Source: Acutalibacteraceae bacterium (GTDB taxonomy: Bacteria; Bacillota; Clostridia; Oscillospirales; Acutalibacteraceae). Taken from it: a stretch of DNA of 64,000 nt. The translations under genes were made by a program, and so were the position numbers. The stretch is from assembly GCA_045636945.1 (NCBI GenBank), contig JAZTYO010000023.1, positions 14,485-78,484 of the forward strand. The letters run 5' to 3'. Shown one piece after another: positions 56,636 through 64,000 of this stretch. The stretch's first letter is position 1. Each line of letters starts with the position of its first letter. The notes beneath the pieces are model-generated. The model did not search any database. It worked only from the letters and a program-made list of their open reading frames with translations, and was not told the origin of the DNA.

Positions 56636-57264
56636 AAACACGATGTGTAATTGTTGCAGGCGGAAACTGTCTGCCTGAGCATTTTAATAACGTTGACGAA
56701 ACTTGTTTTGTTATCGCTGCCGACAGTGGTTTAAGCCATTGTAACTCTTGTGGCGTTACTCCCGATTTAATTGTCGGAGATTTTGATTCCTTTGAAGGTA
56801 CTATACCATCTGAAATTGAGGCGGTAAGGCTGCCTTCGCATAAAGATGATACAGACCTTATGTATGCTGCAAGATGCGGTGTAGAGCGAAATTTCAAAGA
56901 ATTTATCGTTCTTGGAGGCTACGGCTCACGTCCAGACCAGAATATGGCAATGTATCAGACACTTTGTTGGATTGTTGATAGGATAGACGGTGCTAAGATT
57001 TTGGCTGTTTGTGATGGTTTTGAGGTTTACGTTATAAAAAACGGCAGTATGACGTTCAAAAAATCTCTCGACCGTTATCTTTCGGTTTTTGCAATCGATG
57101 GAGATGCTATCGGAGTCGATATTATTGGAGCAGAGTATCCGCTGAAAGATGCTAAAATAACTTCGAATTTTCCCGTAGGCGTAAGCAATGTCGCCGAAAA
57201 GGATACAACTGTTTCGGTAAAATCGGGAAAGCTTCTTATTATGTTGGTCAATAAAAATATTTAA
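56632..57264 (+). CDS. thiN: thiamine diphosphokinase
   Basis: 210 aa. VIAADSG, GDFDS, KDDTD and GGYGSRPDQ motifs. GTG start overlapping the rsgA stop. Confidence 0.85.
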   Translation: MKTRCVIVAGGNCLPEHFNNVDETCFVIAADSGLSHCNSCGVTPDLIVGDFDSFEGTIPSEIEAVRLPSHKDDTDLMYAARCGVERNFKEFIVLGGYGSRPDQNMAMYQTLCWIVDRIDGAKILAVCDGFEVYVIKNGSMTFKKSLDRYLSVFAIDGDAIGVDIIGAEYPLKDAKITSNFPVGVSNVAEKDTTVSVKSGKLLIMLVNKNI

Positions 57265-57326
57265 ATCAGTAACCGCTTTTGTTATCATTGCGTATAATGG
57301 CTTAGAGAAACAAAGGCGGTGCTTTT

Positions 57327-57473
57327 ATGCGTTACAGAAGGCAATCAAGATGCGGTGCTTTGGCATGTGCTTTTATCGCAGGTCTGATAGTTTCATACTT
57401 TTGCTCATCGGCATTCATAATTGCCATTCTGACCATAGCCGTCATAATTCTCGGTGTTCTTTGTAAATATTGA
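57327..57473 (+). CDS. unannotated 48-aa membrane micro-protein (hypothetical)
   Basis: ATG 6 nt after AAAGGCGGTG. Sequence MRYRRQSRCGALACAFIAGLIVSYFCSSAFIIAILTIAVIILGVLCKY: a basic N-terminus plus hydrophobic helices. It ends 13 nt before spoVM. Too short for the ORF track. Confidence 0.35.
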   Translation: MRYRRQSRCGALACAFIAGLIVSYFCSSAFIIAILTIAVIILGVLCKY

Positions 57474-57486
57474 ATGGAGTGATTTT

Positions 57487-57579
57487 ATGAAGATCGTTGT
57501 TATTAAGAGTCCCAAAATTTTAGGCGGTATTTTAAGGGCAATTTTCAAAATCAAAAAAGAGAATTACGGGAATACATAA
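57487..57579 (+). CDS. spoVM: stage V sporulation protein M
   Basis: 30 aa, MKIVVIKSPKILGGILRAIFKIKKENYGNT, aligns with B. subtilis SpoVM MKFYTIKLPKFLGGIVRAMLGSFRKD. Position after thiN is syntenic with Bacillus. Followed by a strong terminator. Absent from the ORF track because of its size. Confidence 0.8.
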   Translation: MKIVVIKSPKILGGILRAIFKIKKENYGNT

Positions 57580-57606
57580 AAAAGCAGGCATATGCCTGCT
57601 TTTTTA
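57580..57606 (+). terminator. terminator after spoVM
   Basis: aaaagcaggcatatgcctgctttttt: palindromic GC stem flanked by A and T runs. Confidence 0.7.
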
Positions 57607-57669
57607 TGTTCTATATTTCGTCTTCTGTGAATAATTATCATTAGAATTATTTTTATAGGAGAGAAAATT

Positions 57670-59196
57670 ATGGATATAACTAAAAACGAAATTGGTTTTC
57701 CTTATTACAAACAGCTTTATGAATCGTCGGTTGAGCAAAATATTGATACCGATTTTCAACTACCTGATTATTATCCCGAGATAGTCAAGGTTTTGAAAAC
57801 CTTAACCGAAATTAACGTTTTGTCATCACATTGTGACGATTCGGGCGTTAATATCGGCGGTCAGGTTGTTTTAACCTTGCTTTATTTTGGCTCTGATGAC
57901 CGACCTAACAGTTTTACTCATACCGTGCCGTTTACTAAGCATATTGATGTAAACGACGTTGGCAATGGGTCGGTTAAATGTGCCTCAAGATTAAATTATC
58001 TTAATACAAAAGCTATAGGTCCAAGAAAGATAGAGTCACACGGGTCATTAAACTTGATAGTTACTGTTAATACGGTTGAGGAATGCAGTGTTCTTACTGA
58101 ATTTGATTGTGAAGGTGTTCACTATAAAACCTCAACTGTTAACTATATTAAGCCCTTGCCAATCGTTTCTAAATCTGTATTTGCAGAGGGTGATATACAA
58201 ATCCCTCAGAGCAAGCCAACTGTCGAAAAGATACTTCGGAAATGTGCTAAAGCGTCTGTAACGGAATGTAAATGTTCGGGAGGGAAGATAATCGTTAAAG
58301 GAAATCTTGAAATAGAAATGCTCTATTGTCCTCAAGGTGGAGGTCGTCCGATACTGCTGACTGAAAGCGATGGTTTTTCACAGATTTTTGACTGTAATGA
58401 ATGTGTTGAGGATATGTATTTTGATGCTTTCGCTCACGTTGATAGTGTTGAACTACACCCTAAAACCTCGCTTGACGGTGAGGTCAGGAATATTTCTTAT
58501 GAAGCAAAAATCGGGATTGATGTATCACCTTATTGTGATGCAGAAATTAAGCTGATTTCGGATGCATTCTCGGGCAAATACAGTGCCGAAATTTCAAGAA
58601 AAACATTACCTTGTGAACTAGTCAAAGACCGTGTGAATGAAAGTTTTGTTTGTAAAAAGTCTGTTGACCTCGGTCAGGATACTTTTTCTGATGTACTAGA
58701 CCTTTGGTGTGACCCTGTTTTAGAGTTTGTTTCTACTGATAATAATGACCTTTTGCTAAAGGGTAACGTTATAGTCAGTATTTTGTGTAACGATAATGAC
58801 GGTCAAACAGTTTACTTTGAACGTCCTATGGATTTTGAGTACAGATATGATTTGTTTGAAGTACAAAACGTTAGATGCAGACCTGAAATTTCTGTTATAG
58901 CAGTTCAACATTCACTTCAAAGTGACGGTATTATTGAAGTTGAGGTTGAAATCTCAGTTAAAGCTACTGTTTTCGAGTTGAAATCAGTTTCAGCTATCGA
59001 AAAAATTTCAGTTGATTTTGATACGGTCGTTAAAAAGGATAACGATTCAGCAGTAGTTCTGTATTTTGCAGAAAATGAAGCGGTTTGGGATATTGCTATG
59101 AAATACGGGACATCACCTCAGTACATTTGTACAGCTAACAAACTTGAAAATGAAGATGTAATCTGTAATAAAGTGCTTTTGATACCCAATATATAG
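57670..59196 (+). CDS. DUF3794 (SPOCS) repeat protein with a C-terminal LysM domain (SipL/SpoVID-like coat morphogenesis candidate)
   Basis: 508 aa. N-terminal LPDYYPEIVKVL is typical of DUF3794. The last ~45 aa, VLYFAENEAVWDIAMKYGTSPQYICTANKL...VLLIP, form a LysM motif. Confidence 0.7.
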   Translation: MDITKNEIGFPYYKQLYESSVEQNIDTDFQLPDYYPEIVKVLKTLTEINVLSSHCDDSGVNIGGQVVLTLLYFGSDDRPNSFTHTVPFTKHIDVNDVGNGSVKCASRLNYLNTKAIGPRKIESHGSLNLIVTVNTVEECSVLTEFDCEGVHYKTSTVNYIKPLPIVSKSVFAEGDIQIPQSKPTVEKILRKCAKASVTECKCSGGKIIVKGNLEIEMLYCPQGGGRPILLTESDGFSQIFDCNECVEDMYFDAFAHVDSVELHPKTSLDGEVRNISYEAKIGIDVSPYCDAEIKLISDAFSGKYSAEISRKTLPCELVKDRVNESFVCKKSVDLGQDTFSDVLDLWCDPVLEFVSTDNNDLLLKGNVIVSILCNDNDGQTVYFERPMDFEYRYDLFEVQNVRCRPEISVIAVQHSLQSDGIIEVEVEISVKATVFELKSVSAIEKISVDFDTVVKKDNDSAVVLYFAENEAVWDIAMKYGTSPQYICTANKLENEDVICNKVLLIPNI

Positions 59197-59274
59197 GTTA
59201 AATATCACCCTGGGTTAACTCTTAATGTAGTTATCAAATTAAATCATTGTTTTCGTTATTTAAAAAAATTTTAA

Positions 59275-59303
59275 GCCTGACGTTCATCAACGTCAGGCCT
59301 TTC
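59275..59303 (+). terminator. terminator after the DUF3794-LysM gene
   Basis: Stem gcctgacgtt / aacgtcaggc (10 bp) followed by ctttc. The U-tract is weak. Confidence 0.5.
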
Positions 59304-59339
59304 TAATGTAACGAGCACATTTAATTTCCGATAGTTATG

Positions 59340-59786
59340 ATTTTATTAAATTGCTAATATTAACTCCGACAATAATGCCGAGCATGTAAAAACCTATGTT
59401 CATAAGTCAGTATTTGGATTTTGACCAACCGATTTCTGCCCAGATATTAGAGGCCAATGCTTCAACTACTATTATAACAACTGTTAAACAGGAAGCACCG
59501 CAACTAAAAGATCACCCGCTACTATAAACGGAATCGGAGGCATTAACCACATCAATAAAAGTAATTCAGTAAAACTTCTGAATATTCTACCTGTATTATA
59601 TTGCATCGGCATATTATGTGCGAACAAGGCGTAAACGATTTCAAGTTCTTTGTTGAGAATTTTCAAACCGTGGCGCATCATAAGAGGGAACAGTACCGCG
59701 ACGATACCAACGGGGATTACTATAAAAATACACCCTCGTTCTAAAACTAATGTGATTTTATCATAAATACATACAAATGTAAACAT
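59340..59786 (-). pseudogene. disrupted gene for a small polytopic membrane protein
   Basis: A 100-aa ORF (59786-59484) continues after a frame change as TVVIIVVEALASNIWAEIGWSKSKY, then a stop, then LMNIGFYMLGIIVGVNISNLIK. All three pieces are hydrophobic and collinear. Confidence 0.3.
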
Positions 59787-59959
59787 AAATTTACATTAAT
59801 TAAGTTTTTGTGTGTTTATGTGTAATTTTTATAAATTTGCATTGTAAAAAGTGTCGATTTTCGTGTTGCAACATACTTGTTAAATGCAAAACAATCTGTT
59901 ATACTATATGAGATAATTATGTCTAGAAATATCTAAATTTTCAAAGGGAAGTTGAAACT

Positions 59960-61789
59960 ATGCCAAAAGCAGAAAATTTGAGAAACGTTGCAATTATCGC
60001 CCACGTTGACCACGGCAAGACAACCTTGGTTGACCAGCTGTTGCGTCAGAGCGGTACCTTCCGCCAGAACGAACAGGTTGCAGAACGTGTTATGGACTCA
60101 GGTGACCTTGAAAGAGAAAGAGGTATCACAATCCTTTCCAAGAACACAAGTGTTATGTATGGCGATATTAAGATAAATATTGTAGACACTCCCGGACACG
60201 CTGATTTCGGCGGTGAGGTTGAGCGAATTCTTATGATGGTCGACGGTGTTGTTCTGTTGGTTGATGCCTTTGAGGGTTGTATGCCCCAGACACGATTCGT
60301 TTTGAAAAAAGCTCTCGGCCTTGGCAAAAAAGCAATCGTTGTTGTTAATAAAATTGATCGTCCTATGGCTCGTCCCAAAGAGGTTGTTGATGAAGTTCTT
60401 GATTTGTTTATCGAGCTTGGTGCCGATGATGAGCAGATTGAATTTCCAGTTGTTTATGCTTCGGGACGTGATGGTTATGCTTCGCTTGACCCCGATAATA
60501 TGGGCACCGATTTGAAACCCTTATATGATGCTATCGTAAACGAGATTGATGCTCCCGAGGGCGATATCGAAGGTCCTACTCAGGTGCTTTTCTCTAACAT
60601 CGATTATGATGATTACATCGGTCGTATCGGTGTTGGACGTGTTGAAAGAGGAAGCCTTAAGGTCGGTCAAAACGTTGCACTCTGCCGTGAGGACGGTACT
60701 CATAAGAACGTTAAAATCACTAAGCTCTTCCTTTTTGAGGGTCTTCGCAGAGTTGAGGTCGATGAAGCACCGTTTGGTGAACTTGTTTCGGTTGCTGGTA
60801 TTGCAGACCTTAACATCGGTGAAACAGTTTGCGACCCCGAGCATATCGAACCTCTGCCTTTCATCAAGATAGATGAGCCTACTCTTTCTATGAACTTTAT
60901 GGTAAATAACTCTCCTTTTGCAGGTAAAGAGGGTAAGTTTGTTACCTCCCGTAACCTTCGTGACAGATTGTTTAAAGAGGTTGAAACCAACGTAAGTATG
61001 CGTGTTGAGGAAACCGATTCGGCCGATACCTTTAAAGTTTCGGGTCGCGGTGAGTTGCATCTGTCCATTCTTATTGAGCAGATGCGTCGTCAGGGTTATG
61101 AATTTCAGGTTTCTCCTCCCGAGGTTATCTATAAAACCGATGCCAACGGTAAAAAGACTGAGCCTATTGAGCTTTTGATGATTGAGGTACCCGAAGAATA
61201 CGTCGGTTCGGTTATGGAACGTCTTGGCACCCGTCACGCTGAATTGCAGAATATGGGTACACGTGATACAGGACTTACTCACCTTGAGTTTTTGATTCCT
61301 GCGCGCGGTCTTATCGGCTACCGTTCACAGTTTATGACCGATACCAACGGTAACGGTATAATGAACCATATTTTCCACGGATACGAGGAGTATAAGGGAG
61401 ATATTGAAAACCGTCTTACAGGTTCGCTTATTGTTCACGAATCGGGCGAATCTACGGGTTACGGACTTTTCAATACACAGTCCCGTGGCAAATTGTTTAT
61501 AGGTCCCGGTGTTCCCGTTTATGAGGGTATGATTATCGGTGAAAATCCCAAAAATGAGGATATTGTATGTAACGTCTGCAAGAAGAAGGCAGCAACCAAT
61601 ATGCGTGCTGCAGGCTCGGACGATGCATTGAAACTAACCCCACCGACAATTATGAGCCTTGAGCAATCGCTTGAGTTTATCAAGTCGGACGAGCTTGTTG
61701 AGATTACCCCTGAATCCATCCGCTTGAGAAAGCGTATTTTGGACAAAGAAACCCGAATGAAATACGAAAGCAGAATGAGAAAGCAGTAA
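59960..61789 (+). CDS. typA: translational GTPase TypA/BipA
   Basis: 609 aa. IAHVDHGKTT, RGITI, DTPGHADF, NKID, and the BipA-specific C-terminal domain ending in ...RLRKRILD. Confidence 0.92.
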   Translation: MPKAENLRNVAIIAHVDHGKTTLVDQLLRQSGTFRQNEQVAERVMDSGDLERERGITILSKNTSVMYGDIKINIVDTPGHADFGGEVERILMMVDGVVLLVDAFEGCMPQTRFVLKKALGLGKKAIVVVNKIDRPMARPKEVVDEVLDLFIELGADDEQIEFPVVYASGRDGYASLDPDNMGTDLKPLYDAIVNEIDAPEGDIEGPTQVLFSNIDYDDYIGRIGVGRVERGSLKVGQNVALCREDGTHKNVKITKLFLFEGLRRVEVDEAPFGELVSVAGIADLNIGETVCDPEHIEPLPFIKIDEPTLSMNFMVNNSPFAGKEGKFVTSRNLRDRLFKEVETNVSMRVEETDSADTFKVSGRGELHLSILIEQMRRQGYEFQVSPPEVIYKTDANGKKTEPIELLMIEVPEEYVGSVMERLGTRHAELQNMGTRDTGLTHLEFLIPARGLIGYRSQFMTDTNGNGIMNHIFHGYEEYKGDIENRLTGSLIVHESGESTGYGLFNTQSRGKLFIGPGVPVYEGMIIGENPKNEDIVCNVCKKKAATNMRAAGSDDALKLTPPTIMSLEQSLEFIKSDELVEITPESIRLRKRILDKETRMKYESRMRKQ

Positions 61790-62670
61790 TGGAATTTATT
61801 ATTCTTGATAACGAATGGCATACGCCGTATTGCAAAATCAACGGAAAATGCATAAACGAACTGATTGAGATCGGTGCTGTCAAATTGGATGAAAATTTGA
61901 ACGAGATCTCTCGTTTCAGTGTGCTTATCAAGTCTACCTTTACCAAAAAACTCAGCACCCGTTTTCAGCGACTTACTAACATTACCACCGAGGAAATGTT
62001 GGAAAAGGGTATGACCTTTGACCAGGCCGTAAACCTTTATTCCGAATGGGCAGGAAATGATGCAATCACTATGACCTGGAGTAATTCTGACCTTTATGTT
62101 TTGCTTGAAAATTTCCGTCTGCGTAGAAAAATAAACACAGTTCCCATTATCGGAAAGTATCTTGACCTGCAAAAGTATGTGCAGAACGAGATGATAAAGA
62201 GGGGAAGCAAAATTACCTCGCAGGTTTCGGTCAGCAATATGGCAATTATGCTCTCAATTCCTATTGATGGAATCGGACTTCACCGTGCCCTTGACGACAG
62301 CCTGCTTTGTGCCGAAATGCTTCGCAAGGTGTATGATAAGAATGAGCTTTTGACCTACGTTATTGATACCTCAGTACCCGATTATTACACAAGACTTACC
62401 TTTAAGGCTTACATAATCCGTGATTTGAACAGTCCTCTTGTTAATAAAAAGAAGATGGAGTTCAAATGCGAAAAATGTGGTTCAGATGCTAAGCGTTTGA
62501 CCTCTTGGAGTTTTAAAGGTCAATCCTTCAGAGCAGAGTTTTCGTGTGGTTGCGGTAACAAGTTTATCGGCCGTGTTTCGTTTAAGAAATATTACGATAA
62601 GGTTGTTGTTAAGCGAAATACTGCACCGATTCTTCCTACTTTAAAGGTAGTTGAAAAAACAGGAAACTAA
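61789..62670 (+). CDS. DEDDh 3'-5' exonuclease (KapD/ERI-1-like) with a C-terminal 4-Cys zinc-ribbon-like extension
   Basis: Exo motifs ILDNEW (DxE), TWSNSD and HRALDDS (H-x4-D). C-terminus CEKCGSD...SCGCGNKF. Its ATG shares a base with the typA TAA. Confidence 0.72.
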   Translation: MEFIILDNEWHTPYCKINGKCINELIEIGAVKLDENLNEISRFSVLIKSTFTKKLSTRFQRLTNITTEEMLEKGMTFDQAVNLYSEWAGNDAITMTWSNSDLYVLLENFRLRRKINTVPIIGKYLDLQKYVQNEMIKRGSKITSQVSVSNMAIMLSIPIDGIGLHRALDDSLLCAEMLRKVYDKNELLTYVIDTSVPDYYTRLTFKAYIIRDLNSPLVNKKKMEFKCEKCGSDAKRLTSWSFKGQSFRAEFSCGCGNKFIGRVSFKKYYDKVVVKRNTAPILPTLKVVEKTGN

Positions 62671-62695
62671 ACAAGAACAGTAAATTTAATAAATA

Positions 62696-62736
62696 ATCAC
62701 CTGTACAAAATCATAAAATGTACGGGTGATTTTTTT
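62696..62736 (+). terminator. terminator after the exonuclease gene
   Basis: Stem atcacctgtaca / tgtacgggtgat (one mismatch) followed by T6. Confidence 0.55.
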
Positions 62737-64000
62737 ATGGGTGTTTTATCATATTTTTGTGCTTTGTTGTTGATAGCTTTAGGTGTGTATTTGTCTTTTA
62801 AATCGGGTTTCTTTCAATTTAAAAGATTAGGCTTGGTGTTTGACGTGACCTTCAAAAAGCTGCTTAAATCGAAGGATTTAAGCGGCTTTAAAGCAATGGC
62901 AATAGCACTTGGAAGCACAATCGGTATAGGTAATATTATCGGTGTATCTGCTGCAATAATTATAGGTGGACCGGGTGCGATTTTTTGGATGCTTGTAACC
63001 GGTTTTGCAGGTATGATAATTAAGTTTACAGAAGTATACATTTGCGTAGATGAAGCAATGAATTCGAATCGTTACTGCGGTGGACCGATGTATGTATTAA
63101 AAGAGAGAGGGACAGGTGCTTTAAGATATTTTGGTACATTTTTTGCAGTAGTGACGGTTCTTGCATCGTTTTTTGCAGGAAATGTTATGCAATCAAAATC
63201 AATATACCGTTTTGCCAATCTGGGATTTAGTATAGGCTTTTTACCCATAACTGTTGTTCTCCTATTACTGCTGTTTATTATCTTGATTGGTAAAGACCGA
63301 TTGTATCAAAATCTTTCGGCTATACTTGTGCCGTTGATGTCGTTTTTCTATATTACTGCTGTTGTTATAATTATTTTAAAAAATATTGAAAACCTTCCAA
63401 ATGCGATTTTATCTATCGTTACATCAGCATTTGGGTTTAATCAAGTTATTGGAGGGTTTTCCGGTGCAGTAATATCTGCTGCTTTAAGGACAGGGGTTAT
63501 GAAAGGGCTTTTCACCCACGAGGCAGGTATGGGCAGTTCACCCATTGCACATTCGAGTACAAATGAAAAAGACCCCTTCTGCCAAGGGTGTTGGGGTATC
63601 GTTGAAGTGTTTATTGATACTGTCGTTGTCTGTATGTTGACAGCAGTTGCTGTTTTAACTTCACCTATCTATCTGCAAAACAGAATTTCTGATCCTTTTC
63701 AATTAATTTGCGATATTTTCAGTGATGCTTTTGGTGCTTTTGGGATAAAGGCATTGAGTATATCGGCTATTTTGTTTGCTTTTGCTTCAATAGTCGGTTG
63801 GTCATTTTATGGAATCAAATCATTGGAATTTTTCACACAAAACGGTGTATCGAAAAAAGTGTATGTGTGTTTATTTTTGACTTTTGTGCCGTTGTCTTGC
63901 GTTATAAGTGAAGATTTTGCGTGGGATCTGACCGACCTTTTTAATTCGTTGATGTTGATACCTAATGCAGTATTACTGTTATCTTTAGGAGGCGATACAG
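62737..64000 (+). CDS. alanine/glycine:cation symporter (AGCS family), 3' end outside the window
   Basis: Frame open from the ATG at 62737 to the window end, so it is not in the ORF track. GFKAMAIALGSTIGIGNIIGVSAAIIIGGPGAIFWMLVTGFAGMIIKFTE...GGPMYVL matches the AGCS signature region. Confidence 0.85.
   Translation, partial: MGVLSYFCALLLIALGVYLSFKSGFFQFKRLGLVFDVTFKKLLKSKDLSGFKAMAIALGSTIGIGNIIGVSAAIIIGGPGAIFWMLVTGFAGMIIKFTEVYICVDEAMNSNRYCGGPMYVLKERGTGALRYFGTFFAVVTVLASFFAGNVMQSKSIYRFANLGFSIGFLPITVVLLLLLFIILIGKDRLYQNLSAILVPLMSFFYITAVVIIILKNIENLPNAILSIVTSAFGFNQVIGGFSGAVISAALRTGVMKGLFTHEAGMGSSPIAHSSTNEKDPFCQGCWGIVEVFIDTVVVCMLTAVAVLTSPIYLQNRISDPFQLICDIFSDAFGAFGIKALSISAILFAFASIVGWSFYGIKSLEFFTQNGVSKKVYVCLFLTFVPLSCVISEDFAWDLTDLFNSLMLIPNAVLLLSLGGDT

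Noticed and set aside
1-64000. CRISPR arrays, IS elements or transposases, integrases, restriction-modification systems, toxin-antitoxin pairs, or known defence systems.
   Set aside because: I found no regularly spaced direct repeats, no transposase, integrase or reverse-transcriptase-like ORFs, and no small overlapping gene pairs with toxin-antitoxin character. The only repeat structures seen are the tRNA-Lys 58-mer duplication and the 13506/13781 inverted repeat, and both are reported as findings.

Overview
This 64-kb window looks like chromosomal DNA from a low-GC, spore-forming Firmicute of the Clostridia type. Supporting calls are cwlD, spoVM, a DUF3794-LysM coat-morphogenesis-like gene, remA and prkC/prpC.

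Most of the window is housekeeping and syntenic with other Firmicutes:
- ackA (3' end) and galK
- an orphan oadG/oadB-type Na+ pump pair
- dapB-dapA-asd on the minus strand
- queA-tgt-yajC, then cwlD-radA
- a polar amino-acid ABC importer
- a stand-alone tRNA-Lys(UUU)
- a heterodimeric ABC exporter, followed by an MFS transporter and a GH2 glycosidase
- an ABC-2 exporter and nnr
- the conserved block yicC-remA-gmk-rpoZ-priA-def-fmt-rsmB-rlmN-prpC-prkC-rsgA-thiN-spoVM
- typA, a DEDDh exonuclease, and the 5' part of an alanine/glycine:cation symporter

The least ordinary part is the RpiR-linked locus at 28752-39342. It has ten co-oriented genes and no transporter. It combines an aldolase / PfkB kinase / KduI-IolB isomerase triad, a LacX-type epimerase, a DUF4867-like protein and an FGGY kinase with a redox module. 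That module is an AGPS/GlcD-like FAD oxidase, a 2x[4Fe-4S] protein that apparently lacks its CCG cysteines, and a single-chain EtfB-EtfA fusion. I cannot map this gene set onto a characterised pathway, so it is my best candidate for an undescribed catabolic system.

Other points worth a second look:
- an EF-G paralogue whose catalytic His and NKxD Asn are substituted
- a 58-nt direct repeat that duplicates the tRNA-Lys 3' end plus its terminator around a 146-nt insert (an att-like scar)
- a 276-nt element closed by an inverted repeat, sitting inside the amino-acid ABC operon
- an ABC permease with an N-terminal domain of about 240 aa and unknown function
- several decayed genes, including a GH3 relic, a secreted-protein relic and a broken membrane-protein gene
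- unannotated small ORFs next to spoVM

I saw no CRISPR array, transposase, integrase, rRNA gene or recognisable defence system. All homology calls come from reading motifs in the translations; no database search was run.
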